Positions 18,018-28,800 of a stretch of DNA of 56,010 nucleotides are shown in pieces. The stretch lies in IMG/VR virus record IMGVR_UViG_3300012005_000008, positions 1-56,010 of that record. One strand, written 5' to 3'. The position numbers and the translations under genes were made by a program. Below the pieces are notes generated by a model. That model ran no database searches. It saw nothing but the letters and a program-made list of their open reading frames with translations, and had not been told where the DNA came from. This stretch comes from a virus (taxonomy: Duplodnaviria; Caudoviricetes). Numbering within the stretch: position 1 is the stretch's first letter; each line of letters starts with the position of its first letter.

Positions 18018-19507
18018 AACACGCTAACTCCCACGGATTTAATACATCTCTTTGTATCGGCATCGTCAAGAATAATGCTGATCCTGCTGAGCATGGACGT
18101 CTGCAGATCTGGATTCCATCGATGGACAGCTCTAATTATACCATCGAAGAAATCCCGTGGGCGATGTATGTGTCTCCGTATGGTGGGGTGACGGCTAACT
18201 TTAAAGTTGGTCGAGAGCAAGAAGATGTACCAGGAGCTTCTTCCTATGGATTCTGGGCCATCCCTAAAAATGGTGCCCAGGTGCTGTGCGGTTTTCTAGA
18301 AGGAGATCCATCAGTTCGATTCTGGCTGGGTTGTATCTACATGCCAGAGATGAATCGTACTCTACCCCAGGCGATCAACGGACCAGATGGACCTTCATCT
18401 GAGATTGACGAAACTGGAGTTTATCCTCAGAAGGCAATGCCACACTATGCGAAAAACTTAAAGGAAGCTGGTTTAGCTTTGGGAGCTCAACACTTTAAGA
18501 CGCGCGGCGGTTGGGAGCGCTCGGTGTCTCACCCATCTAACAAGAATGATAATAAACCTAGAGATGATGGATATGCCACGAAGGCAATGGATCCAAGCCA
18601 AGCAGATTCTCAGGTAGTTTCTCTTACTACACCGGGTAGACACTTCATCACGATGTCAGACGTTGATGATAATTGTCGCATGAGATTTAAGACGACCGCC
18701 GGGACACAGATCATCCTAGATGATACTAACGAACGTATCTACATCTCTACGGCGCAAGGTAGAAATTATATAGAGCTTGATGAAACAAATGGTAAGATCT
18801 ATTTTTACTCGTCTTCTAAGTTAAACTTCCACTCGGAGAATGATATTAACATGTACTCCGATTCAAACATTAACATCGTGGCCAAGAAGCGAGTAAATAT
18901 TCAATCTGAAGAGCGCGGTGTAAAGATTCAATCAAAGATGGGATTGCAATTTTTATCGTCTGCAGCTGACATTAAGATTACGGCATCAAGGTCGATCCAC
19001 CTTAAAACTACAGGCGGTGCATCATCTGGAGGGGTTGGCGAATCATCAGCTTGCAACGCTCCTCCATATGCAAATCAAGCTTTGGGGTTAGTTAGAGATT
19101 ATGCTGAGGACGCTAGTTCGGGATCTAGCAGCATCTTCATTAATTCAGTTGACGCGGTGGAAGTTCGTTCAGATGGCGCCGCTGTTAACCTAACAGGCAA
19201 CGGTCCAATTAACTTAAGCTCCATGGGTGGAAATATTAACCTAGAAGCTAGCGCGACGCTTAACTTGGCTGGAGGTTCTATCGCAACGCGAGGAGAGGGG
19301 GTCCTAGGTATGTATGCTGGCGAAGTTATGATGGAACCAGTATTTTCTTATGATGATGCAGGAGGAGCTGAGACGGCATCTTCAGCTGATGCTGTTAGTG
19401 GAGACACGATTAAGGACAAGATGGTAGTTCCAAAACATGAATCGTGGGTCAGAGATGAAGATGAAGGTCAATGTAAAACACAACGCAACAAAAAGTACGT
19501 AGGATAA
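18014..19507 (+). CDS. gp5: Baseplate central spike, gp5/VgrG-like, with no lysozyme domain evident
   Basis: GIVKNNADPAEHGRLQIWIP OB-fold, P..GAQVLCGF..GDP, repeated short beta-strands, and C-terminal PKHESW. Confidence 0.8.
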   Translation: MKHANSHGFNTSLCIGIVKNNADPAEHGRLQIWIPSMDSSNYTIEEIPWAMYVSPYGGVTANFKVGREQEDVPGASSYGFWAIPKNGAQVLCGFLEGDPSVRFWLGCIYMPEMNRTLPQAINGPDGPSSEIDETGVYPQKAMPHYAKNLKEAGLALGAQHFKTRGGWERSVSHPSNKNDNKPRDDGYATKAMDPSQADSQVVSLTTPGRHFITMSDVDDNCRMRFKTTAGTQIILDDTNERIYISTAQGRNYIELDETNGKIYFYSSSKLNFHSENDINMYSDSNINIVAKKRVNIQSEERGVKIQSKMGLQFLSSAADIKITASRSIHLKTTGGASSGGVGESSACNAPPYANQALGLVRDYAEDASSGSSSIFINSVDAVEVRSDGAAVNLTGNGPINLSSMGGNINLEASATLNLAGGSIATRGEGVLGMYAGEVMMEPVFSYDDAGGAETASSADAVSGDTIKDKMVVPKHESWVRDEDEGQCKTQRNKKYVG

Positions 19508-19511
19508 GATC

Positions 19512-19898
19512 ATGTTCAACAAAGTTAAAAAAGTATTTTACAAGGGCTTTACCACACGCAACTACGCGGAGAGGGGCGGGACCTTTGCGATATACAACGT
19601 AGAATGCATTCAGCAAGACTTGCTGAATGAGATCTTTACTGTGCGCGGAGAGAGATTACACATGCCTAGATATGGAACAAGCATCCCATTGATGGTGTTT
19701 GAACTTGATGATCCTCAAACTCAAGCAATTATCTTAGATGACCTAACAACGGTCTTCAAGAATGAGCCAAGGGTAAAGATGCTCAACCTTGATTTCTTAC
19801 CGATAACGCAAAAGGGAATCTTGATTGTTATCGCTCGGCTTAACTATATTGAGTTTGAGGTGGTTCAAGACCTGCGCATCGAGATCACCTCTCGCTAA
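19512..19898 (+). CDS. gp25: Baseplate wedge / sheath initiator, gp25-like
   Basis: IQQDLLNEIFTVRGERLHMPRYGT.I and EPRV. Confidence 0.9.
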   Translation: MFNKVKKVFYKGFTTRNYAERGGTFAIYNVECIQQDLLNEIFTVRGERLHMPRYGTSIPLMVFELDDPQTQAIILDDLTTVFKNEPRVKMLNLDFLPITQKGILIVIARLNYIEFEVVQDLRIEITSR

Positions 19899-19980
19899 AA
19901 CAATTTTCTACGTACGTCTAGGGTGATCTTTGGACGTGGTAAGATATCAACACGAAAGATCCAAACCCGAAAGTTAATTC

Positions 19981-20247
19981 TCACGTCTTTTTCTCCAATA
20001 CGATATCAAACTTCATGTTATTAAGGTCGATGTCCATCCCAGACCAATCACCCCCGCCAGGAACTTGGAAGCTCACCGACTTGATTTCCCAGCCATCACA
20101 AGAATTATGGCCGAGCACAGATTCTAACATTGAATGACTGGCAAAGCGGGCTTCATCACGTAACGCATTTAGAATGATATCTTCGTTGAGTTTAACCGAA
20201 ACATTTAGCGTTTCGACCGTCCGTATTTTAGCATCAATGATCTTCAT
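19981..20247 (-). CDS. Hypothetical protein
   Basis: 88-aa ORF coupled to the CYTH gene. Confidence 0.6.
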   Translation of the reverse strand: MKIIDAKIRTVETLNVSVKLNEDIILNALRDEARFASHSMLESVLGHNSCDGWEIKSVSFQVPGGGDWSGMDIDLNNMKFDIVLEKKT

Positions 20248-20750
20248 AATTCAGAATCCATTATATCTTGGTCATTTGGTGGCATACCTAGCTCAGCGAG
20301 AGAAAAATTTGAATATAGAGGATCATGGCTAACTTCTTTCCCTATCCATGGTGGTAGGTCAACCACCTCATCTTCTGATGCAAGCTCAACCTCAACCATC
20401 ATAAAACCTTCAAGAGCCCCATGAAACTTATCTATTTCGAACACGTGACCTCGAAATTCAAATTCATATCGAGTTTTTGAGATGGTGTAGATGGCAAGCT
20501 TGTCAAGCATCTCGAGCGCGTCTTCATACGGGATCTCATACTCATACTCGTCTCGAGAGACGAGTCCGCTACCCTTGATGGTCAAGTATCCGTAAAAATG
20601 ATCAGACGTGCAGATCCATTGCTTGATGGTCCGTACTCGGACAACCACGCCGCTATCTGATAGGTAACCTTGGGTTATTTCTTTTCCTGGCAGTCCGTCA
20701 AATATCGTGTGATCGTTGAGAAGAAACTTTCGTTCTATTTCTGTAGCCAT
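20244..20750 (-). CDS. CYTH-domain (triphosphate tunnel) protein
   Basis: EIERKFL, ITQGYL, VRVR, LTIKG, R.EYEYEIP, KTRY, EID.F.G, EVEL, and EVS.D..YSN..LA. Confidence 0.93.
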   Translation of the reverse strand: MATEIERKFLLNDHTIFDGLPGKEITQGYLSDSGVVVRVRTIKQWICTSDHFYGYLTIKGSGLVSRDEYEYEIPYEDALEMLDKLAIYTISKTRYEFEFRGHVFEIDKFHGALEGFMMVEVELASEDEVVDLPPWIGKEVSHDPLYSNFSLAELGMPPNDQDIMDSEL

Positions 20751-20770
20751 AGGAATCCTTTAGGATTGAA

Positions 20771-21202
20771 TTATTTAGGAAGAACGATCCAACGATCAGA
20801 GATCGCTTCTATATGATCAGGATCGATATTCGTAAAATTAAAGTATGCGAAAGATTCTTCACGGATCTTAATAGCTCGCTGTCGCAACCTTTCTTCAAGA
20901 GGCAGCTTTCGATATCCAGGAACTAGTTCATTACAGCGATCCATGACAACAAAGAGAGAGTGATCATAGTCTCCGTAGGTGACATACTCGATTGGAGCTT
21001 CTACGATGTATTTGTGCTCGAATGACCGTAGGGATCGATTTACGTAGGCATATCCATATGCTTTTGGAAAGTAAAGACCAAGCTCGTCAGCTACTTGCTT
21101 GTATATTGGCCAAACTATGTTGAATGTTGGAGAAGGTGATTGGGCGCTGGTGATGATAGATCCGGGTTGAATCTCTTTGCTGGAGTAGTGAATAGCTTGC
21201 AT
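20771..21202 (-). CDS. Hypothetical early protein, weakly ADP-ribosyltransferase-like
   Basis: 143-aa ORF with AGGAG ribosome-binding site and its own early promoter; HYS...PG.II and YIVE motifs. Confidence 0.55.
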   Translation of the reverse strand: MQAIHYSSKEIQPGSIITSAQSPSPTFNIVWPIYKQVADELGLYFPKAYGYAYVNRSLRSFEHKYIVEAPIEYVTYGDYDHSLFVVMDRCNELVPGYRKLPLEERLRQRAIKIREESFAYFNFTNIDPDHIEAISDRWIVLPK

Positions 21203-21242
21203 GTAGTCTCCTATTTTAATGAGAGAGCTGATCGTGAAGCTA

Positions 21243-21272
21243 ATTATAACCTACTAACTGGAGAAAGTAAAC
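21243..21272 (-). promoter_or_regulatory. Early sigma70-type promoter GTTTAC-N18-TATAAT
   Basis: gtaaac at 21267-21272 and attata at 21243-21248. Confidence 0.8.
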
Positions 21273-21955
21273 TACAATCCAGCGAACTCCTCAAGCTTCA
21301 GGTGAGATTCGAGCTCATCTTGGGCGGCCAGAACTCCGGCCTTGCCGTCTTTGATATGTTTGTTGACGATTCCAAAGGCCATCATGAGTCGCTCCTTGGC
21401 ATTTCTCGGAGTAAATTCGCCGCTAATCATAGCATTTTTAGGGAATCGTAAAGATCTTATACCTTCGATCAAGATGAGACCTAAGATTGGACCTCGAATT
21501 GGATTCGCGTCAATTGAAATAAATCCATTGATTTTCTTGAGCTTTTTGTGAATGTCCTTTAGCGTCCTAATCTTATTTCCATACAGCTCTACAGAACCTA
21601 AAATTGTAGATGGAATTCCATCTACAGATGTGATCTTGGCGTTATTGAGCTGTAGGCTCCCGTTGATAGTTTTCGGAAAATTTTCAAACGAAGAGATGCT
21701 AGAATATGATAAAAACAGCATATCCCCATCAACTGAATTCATCTTAAATGGGAATGTAGATTCTGCGACATTCCTCTTGAACACCATATTAGCTTCATAG
21801 TCGATGCCATCGTCGGTGAGGTAAAGCTTCCCTGGCTTGAAGTTATCTAGATGATCAAAAAACCATCGCTCGATGCTCTTACGGTGCTCGGCGTCGCCTA
21901 CCCCGCGGTCCACACCTAGACCGTTTTCTTTGAGAAATTGCTTGAAAGTAACCAT
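21272..21955 (-). CDS. Leucine-rich-repeat-like protein with a capsid-targeting-like N-terminus
   Basis: Likely start MVTFKQFLKE at 21955; units ISSFENFPKTINGSL.L..AKITSVDGIP..I.GS..L.GNKI.TL; paralogue of 48268-48810. Confidence 0.7.
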   Translation of the reverse strand: MVTFKQFLKENGLGVDRGVGDAEHRKSIERWFFDHLDNFKPGKLYLTDDGIDYEANMVFKRNVAESTFPFKMNSVDGDMLFLSYSSISSFENFPKTINGSLQLNNAKITSVDGIPSTILGSVELYGNKIRTLKDIHKKLKKINGFISIDANPIRGPILGLILIEGIRSLRFPKNAMISGEFTPRNAKERLMMAFGIVNKHIKDGKAGVLAAQDELESHLKLEEFAGL

Positions 21956-21989
21956 GAAATATTTATCATGGCTTGGAGGAGCTAACAAC

Positions 21990-21997
21990 TATAAATA
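21990..21997 (+). promoter_or_regulatory. T4-type late promoter TATAAATA
   Basis: Exact consensus 26 nt upstream of the ATG at 22024. Confidence 0.8.
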
Positions 21998-22023
21998 CCT
22001 ACAAATTCTTTAGAGAGCAATCG

Positions 22024-25000
22024 ATGTCCACATCTCCTCTGTTATCAACCGCCGAATCTTGGGAAAGAGTGTATAAGGCATTCGAGGAAGTTAACTTTAC
22101 CGCGTACGATTATGATTCGGTCAAGCAATCTCTCCTCGATTATCTTAAGTTCAACTACCCTGAGCACTTCAATGATTACATTGAGTCGAGCCAGCTGGTC
22201 GCTATCGCTGAGATGTTCGCTTATATTGCCGAACAGCTAGCGTACCGCGTGGACATGTCTGTCCACGAGAACTTGCTTCCTACCGCCACTAGAAAACAAT
22301 CTATCTTGCGTTTAGCGAAGTTGATCTCTTACACGGCTTCTAGGAACATTCCACTTCGAGGGTTGGTCAAGATCAACTCCATCTCTACATCGGAAGACAT
22401 TCGAGATTCTCAAGGTAATTCTTTATCTAATCGTGTTGTTAAGTGGAATGATTCCAACAATCAACTCTGGAGAGAACAATTCTTCATCGTCATCAACAAG
22501 ATCTTAACCCAGTCATTTGGTAATCCATTTAAGTCTTTCCAGATCGATGACACGGTGTTTACACAATATGAGTTCAAGAATGTGGTTGAAACGGAATCAG
22601 ACCGCAGCTCATTCCGTAACGGTGTGTTGCGTTTAAAGGTATCTTCTAATGGGGTCGATATCCCGTTTGAGCTAGTTCCGGCCGACGTTGACCAAGATGG
22701 TGTGTTTGAACGTTCTCCAAATCAAAACGCTTACTTCACCTTGCTATATGGAGATGATGGATACGGAGATGCATCTGATACCACTGGTTTTATGATGTTC
22801 TTGAAGCAAGGAATCCTTGGAAAGTACACATACACCTTTGACAAGAAACTTCCAAATAGAGTTCTAGATCTTAATGTGACTAATATCAATGATGTTGATG
22901 TTTGGGTGCAAAGTGTAGATCAGCAAGGAGTGATAACTACAGAGTGGGATAATGTTCCAAGCGTATCTGGATCTAACCTAGCCTTCAACAATATTCAATC
23001 TCGTACCAAGTACGAGATTGAGACCCTTGAAGATGACCAGATCAGATTATTGTTTGGTGATGGGGATTTTGCTGATATACCAGCTGGAACATTTAATATC
23101 TGGGCTCGCCAATCATCGAGCGGTGGAATTGAAATCACAAAAAGCCAGATCGTAGAACAATCAGAAACATTTCTCTACACATCCAAGATCGGTAAGCAAG
23201 AAAGTTGCACCGTTACCTATTCATTAGTTTCTGCACTGCAAAATTCTTCCGACTCAGAGGACTCTGAGCATATTCGTGCAGCTGCTCCCGCGGTATACTA
23301 TACGCAAAATCGTATGGTCAACGGAGAAGATTACAACAGTTTTTTCCTAAAAGATCCTTCTATCCTTCGCTTAAAAGCGATCAACCGTACATTTGCCGGT
23401 CAGCCTAAGTACATTGACTGGAATGACGCGTCTGGTAATTATCAAAATATTAAATTGTTTGGTAATGACGCTCGCATTTACTATGATATCACTGCAGGAA
23501 CAGAATCTATACAATCTTCGGCTCGTAGCTTGATTGATAAGGTTTTAGAGCCAGCCCTCTCTGACGCTGGTATCAGGAACTTGATTCTGTATTCTTTTTA
23601 TAATACGTCAAACATTCTCAAGAAAGCTTTCATACGCCCTCGACCAGCCTTCATCGAAGACACGACACAAATTGTATTTGGATATCCGCTCAAGGAAAAA
23701 ACTCTAATTCAAGGAGCTTTAGATCGTCATTGGTATGGTGAACCCGATAGCGCCGTCTTGCTTGACATTAACCTATCAGAAACATCTCAGCTTACGAAGA
23801 CTCCTTACGCGATCGTTAATGGGGATACAGATCAATTGATCTATGATTCTAACTTGAAGATGGTAGTGAAAAACTTTATCACCGGTACATACACCTTAGT
23901 ACCAACCCCAGGAAACATCTCAGGAATTCAAGAGTCGTCAATTCGTCAGAAGCGCTTTGGTATTCAGTTCAATCCAGATCGTCCATTCGCCTCACAGCTT
24001 AGGATTGTACAATGGACGCAAAATCCGGCTGACATTCTTGACGCTGATTACCTAGACGGCTCTGACATTGAGCAAGCTGTTTCAGTAGCAGAAACAGTTA
24101 CCGTGGAGATAACTGGAACTGATGGAACATTTTCAGTCCATGGCTCAGTAACAGGCGATCACCCCCCAGGAATCGTTGGAGAAGTTTATCTCAATGAGTA
24201 CATGCACTTCTTGATTCAATTTCCAAAAGCCGCAACCGACACTAGCATCTATCTAGGAGACGCCTTTATCATTGATGTGGTCCCAACGCTTGATGGGTTA
24301 TTAACAGCCGTCATTTATAAACAAAATCTAACAGGCGTGTTTGAGCTGATTGATGAGAATATCTTAACGGCTAATTCTGAAGCGATGCCATATGATCCTA
24401 CTGAACCATCTCAATCGTGGTACATGATCGTAGAGCGTGTTGATGATCCACAAGGGCAGCTGAGCTATTGGAAAGTTACTAAGCGAAACTTCAATTTGGT
24501 TGTTGAATCTCCTACTACTAAATTTTTCTTTGATAGAGACTCTAACTTAATAGATCCTGACACAAAGTTGATAGTTCATGACTCAATAAGAATATTGAAG
24601 TCTAATTTAGACGTAACTCGCGTTAAAGCGATTGGTATCGATCAAGTTTATGATGTCGTTAATGACGTTAAATATCCAAACGGAGAAACCAATTACAACG
24701 CGCTGTCGATCATGACCGACACGATTCAAAGCCCAGACACCACTGAGTTTCTTCGCTTCATCGGTCCAACTGATTATGTTTACTTTACGATAGACGCGTT
24801 GACAGGTAAGCTTATTCCTATTAAGGCTACACCATTCATCGCAAATCAAGGCTGGATCAATGACACCTCTGGGAATTATGTCCGTAAGGCCGGACGTGAA
24901 CAGCTCGACTTTATGTGGCAACACTTTACCGCCAATGATCACCTAATAGATCCATCAGTATCTAATATCATTGATGTATATGTGATCACTCGTGGATATT

Positions 25001-25512
25001 ATGCTCTAATGCAAAAATATCTACGCGACTTGCTTGTCGACGAGCCTGCACCACCAACCTCTTTAGAGCTGCGTAGCACGTATCGCACGTTGATTGAATC
25101 CAAGATGATCTCTGACTCGGTGATCATGCACTCTGGCAAGCTCAAGCTTCTCTTCGGTAGCAAGGCTGTTCCAGAGCTTCGCGCGCGCTTCCGAGTAGTT
25201 CCTTCTGACAGCGCGAAACTAACAGGGGATCAGATTCGAGCTAGAGTTTTGGACGTTATCAATAGCTACTTTAGCATCGATAATTGGGACTTCGGTCAAA
25301 GCTTCTATGCGACTGAACTGTGCGCCGTCATCCACAAGACTCTATTGTCAGAGATCTCCTCAGTTGTTTTGGTTCCTGAGTTTCCAACCAATTACTTTGG
25401 TGACCTATTTTACCTTAGGTCAGCGGCTGATGAGGTGTTCGTATCCTGCGCTAAGCTGGAGAACATCGAGCTAGTTACTGGTCTTGACCGATTGACGTTG
25501 AAGCAACGATGA
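22024..25512 (+). CDS. gp6: Baseplate wedge subunit, gp6-like, enlarged
   Basis: YD..SVKQSLLDYL...YPE.FNDYIESS, TATRKQSILRLAKLISY, LLFGDG, and APAVYYTQNRMV.GEDY; start placed at 22024, downstream of the late promoter. Confidence 0.88.
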   Translation: MSTSPLLSTAESWERVYKAFEEVNFTAYDYDSVKQSLLDYLKFNYPEHFNDYIESSQLVAIAEMFAYIAEQLAYRVDMSVHENLLPTATRKQSILRLAKLISYTASRNIPLRGLVKINSISTSEDIRDSQGNSLSNRVVKWNDSNNQLWREQFFIVINKILTQSFGNPFKSFQIDDTVFTQYEFKNVVETESDRSSFRNGVLRLKVSSNGVDIPFELVPADVDQDGVFERSPNQNAYFTLLYGDDGYGDASDTTGFMMFLKQGILGKYTYTFDKKLPNRVLDLNVTNINDVDVWVQSVDQQGVITTEWDNVPSVSGSNLAFNNIQSRTKYEIETLEDDQIRLLFGDGDFADIPAGTFNIWARQSSSGGIEITKSQIVEQSETFLYTSKIGKQESCTVTYSLVSALQNSSDSEDSEHIRAAAPAVYYTQNRMVNGEDYNSFFLKDPSILRLKAINRTFAGQPKYIDWNDASGNYQNIKLFGNDARIYYDITAGTESIQSSARSLIDKVLEPALSDAGIRNLILYSFYNTSNILKKAFIRPRPAFIEDTTQIVFGYPLKEKTLIQGALDRHWYGEPDSAVLLDINLSETSQLTKTPYAIVNGDTDQLIYDSNLKMVVKNFITGTYTLVPTPGNISGIQESSIRQKRFGIQFNPDRPFASQLRIVQWTQNPADILDADYLDGSDIEQAVSVAETVTVEITGTDGTFSVHGSVTGDHPPGIVGEVYLNEYMHFLIQFPKAATDTSIYLGDAFIIDVVPTLDGLLTAVIYKQNLTGVFELIDENILTANSEAMPYDPTEPSQSWYMIVERVDDPQGQLSYWKVTKRNFNLVVESPTTKFFFDRDSNLIDPDTKLIVHDSIRILKSNLDVTRVKAIGIDQVYDVVNDVKYPNGETNYNALSIMTDTIQSPDTTEFLRFIGPTDYVYFTIDALTGKLIPIKATPFIANQGWINDTSGNYVRKAGREQLDFMWQHFTANDHLIDPSVSNIIDVYVITRGYYALMQKYLRDLLVDEPAPPTSLELRSTYRTLIESKMISDSVIMHSGKLKLLFGSKAVPELRARFRVVPSDSAKLTGDQIRARVLDVINSYFSIDNWDFGQSFYATELCAVIHKTLLSEISSVVLVPEFPTNYFGDLFYLRSAADEVFVSCAKLENIELVTGLDRLTLKQR

Positions 25513-25752
25513 AACTCCAACTTTCATAACGTGGACTGGAAAGGACCATCCGGTAGCTGGGTTCTCGTTCCAACCAACCGCCTTGCCATTGGCTAGCTCA
25601 ACCCAAAAGTGAACATTCTTCTGTGTGCCAGGCCACCGTGTGTCGTGAGAGTAATGAGACTGGACTACTTCAACATCAGCAAACTTCCGGGCCTTGGTGT
25701 TATCGTACGTGCATTCCATCAAGTCGTGCATTACTTCTTTAAGAGTGGCCAT
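25471..25752 (-). CDS. Hypothetical early protein
   Basis: Likely start MATLKE at 25752 with GAGGA ribosome-binding site and its own early promoter. Confidence 0.65.
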   Translation of the reverse strand: MATLKEVMHDLMECTYDNTKARKFADVEVVQSHYSHDTRWPGTQKNVHFWVELANGKAVGWNENPATGWSFPVHVMKVGVSSLLQRQSVKTSN

Positions 25753-25786
25753 TCTATTCCTCGTTCGGTTGATCAAGCAATAAGAT

Positions 25787-25816
25787 ATTATACCTCATAG
25801 CCTATGGAGTGTAAAC
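25787..25816 (-). promoter_or_regulatory. Early sigma70-type promoter GTTTAC-N18-TATAAT
   Basis: gtaaac at 25811-25816 and attata at 25787-25792. Confidence 0.8.
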
Positions 25817-25850
25817 AGGAATTTCCTAATCTCTAGAAAGATCTCACTGG

Positions 25851-25858
25851 TGTAAATA
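25851..25858 (+). promoter_or_regulatory. Late promoter-like TGTAAATA
   Basis: TAAATA core upstream of the 2882-aa gene. Confidence 0.6.
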
Positions 25859-25886
25859 ACATATACACGGATTTCTTCCAGAGATT

Positions 25887-28800
25887 ATGGCAAAAAAATC
25901 ACTCGATCTAACGACTCTCCTTCCTAAGCAATACAGGGACAAGACTCTTGACACCTTGCTCAAGAATCTGTTCAACCGTCATGTCTCAAAGGCTGACACT
26001 CAACCAATGTTTGGATTCATTGGTGACGGTGATCTTTCAGCTGGAGAGATAGCCTTAGATGAAACTGACCTTGAGCGTCAGATTAACCAGATCACCTCTT
26101 TGATCTACGCAGAACATGGTACTGAAAAGAAAGTCTATTCATGGCCAGATCTGGTTCAAAAGCTTATCCTCCTAGGTGTAAACTATAACACGATCGGCCA
26201 ATGGTTTAGGACGTCTAGTTACAACTTTGTTCCTCCGATTGACATAGATAAATTTTGTAATTTCCAAGAGTATTTCTGGATCGGGTCGTGGGTGCAGCAA
26301 TCTCCAACGTTAGATTATTCTTCGTTTGGATTGCCAGCTATCTCTAACGTAACCGATGCTTTTGCTCGCTCTAACCTGATTTATAAGCCAGAATATTACA
26401 CGATCGAGCGCGGACCAATTGACTCTGTTTCTCACCATCCAGCAAGCCCAACTCCAGCTATCCCAGGATGGTCTGATTGGTCATTGACAAACCTTTGGGT
26501 TCACAAGGTCGACATCATTAGCTTCCTAGAAACAAATGGTGGGATTGTTTCCTTTGGTGCTTTGACTCAGGCAAACCGTCCTATCATTGAGTACTCGTCA
26601 AAGCTAAAGCTAAACACCTACCAGGATGTTACTAACGCTCCATCAGATAGCGGTAACTTCCGCTTGGTGTCTAAGATTCGCAGCAATCAACCTCCGCTAT
26701 TTGATCTTTACCTGTGTGATGGTTCTCACTCGAGCTATGCTTCATCGATCTTTTATTATTCCGAAGGTAGTGAATTCCCGGTTGATGCTTCGGTTGAGCG
26801 TCGTCTCGCGATAGATTCAAACTCGGACTTTACATTTGAACACGCGTTAGTCTCTGACGGCGGAGACTTGATGTTCTTCAAAACCTGGGATGGGCTACAG
26901 TTCAACCTGGGAACTATCTGGACAAAGGGTCTGGAGGCTTTCCCACGCTACGTCAAGTATGATAATAGCGGAACAACGATCAATCAAGATAAGTTCTTTA
27001 ACTACAAGAACTATTACTACGTTCCAGTTAACCTTCCAAGCTATAATCCAACCGGAGAACCTGAGTATGCGGTGATTGAAGTTGGAGGAGCGTCGGCTTG
27101 GTCAACTACAAACTTTTGGGTGCACGTCACCAAGCTACGTCGTAGCGAGAAGGCGCAATATATTCAAGCATCGCGTCCCATCATTGAATTCAATAAGTCA
27201 TTAGAGTCTGAGCTCTTGACTGATAAAACATCATTAAATCAATTGCCACGTTTTAAGGTTTACGCTTTTGATGATGTGACTAATGAATATGTTCAAATCA
27301 TTCAACAAGATAATCCAGCGATTGTAAACCTTAATGATGCATACCTCAACGGAGCATTAATCACCAACCTGGATGACTTGGGTCCGACGGTAAAGCAAGC
27401 TGTTCAAAACACACCAGAGCTACTAGCTAATACATTTACTCTGGGTTCTAACACCTTCCTTCAATCATTTAAGACTGGCCAATTTGTTCCAACACGTGAT
27501 GGAGCCGTCTACGGCTATCGTGCCGATGTTATCTCTTTCTTAGAACCTAGTAAAGGTACGATTGGCTCAATTAGCGTGGCTACGTCTTGCGTTCCAGAGA
27601 TAATCACTCTTACCTGGAGCCACGCTGATAACAACTTCATCGTGACTGGCTCGGTTACTGGAAATATCTCTACTGCAATGCTTGGATCATCTTGCACCGC
27701 ATCAGGTGTAACATTCATCATTAACGCTGGCGCTACACCATTTGCTGATGGAGATACGTTCTCGATTCAGATCAAGAGCTACGTTTATGAAGATGCAAAC
27801 TTATACATTAACATCGGCGGCGGTTTCAGGACCTTTACAAAACCATCTTCGATAGTTGATGAGGTAACTCTTTCTGAAAAGATAGAAACTATACCAGAGC
27901 TACGTGATGGTATCTGGGAAGTTCCTCCGCAGTTAGAGTGGAACGTTCAAAATGAAACTAGGACTAAGCTTGGTCAGGGAGATTTATACTATCATTTAAC
28001 ATCAGTCATAAAGGCTCAAACTGGTCTAGTGGGATCTGAAACAGGAAGCAATAATTTCCGTCAACTCAAATCTACTAATCAGCTTAACCTTGGATTGGGT
28101 GGAGCTATTAAACAATTTGATGGTCGTACAGCTCTTCTCATCTCGCTGATGATGCAAGAAGGTGTGACAATTACATCTATCCTCGAGTTTGCGCGTCAAA
28201 ATTATGAAGGGTTATTTAGCTCAATTCACACCTTCGTTGAAGATGTCTTGCCGGGCCTCTTATCGCAAGGATCAGTATACCCTCCGCAAGATGGAGACTC
28301 CATTGATCCTAGGTTGGTTGAATCGTTTAAGAGCTACTTCGGTGCTAATACTTCTTTCAAGCAAGCTTTGGTAGATACGACCTCTCCGATTCAAGGATTG
28401 GCCGCTACGCTGCCTTACCTGGGGTTGTGTCCTAAGGTATTACCTCGCAAGGAGCTTGATTTAGATCTTAACCTTCAGATGTTAGTTCACCACGATGGTC
28501 ATCGGTCGATGTTAGCAACCACATCTGTTGATCTGTTAAAAAAGATCGTTCTTAAGAAATTCTTACGCTCAACCGGTCAAGAAACATCTGGAATCGTAAA
28601 TGCTGCATCTTTCCCAACAGAGCGTCCATTCCGTGGCCAATTTTGGTTCCAAGCATCAACCGAGCAGCTGTTCGTTTACAACGTCATCTCAGATGTTGGC
28701 TCGCTCCCAGCAGATTCTCAGCATGGAGATTATTCTTATGACCGTCTCTCTAACACGATCTATCAATTTAATGGCGCTTGGATTCAGCTAGAAGATTATG

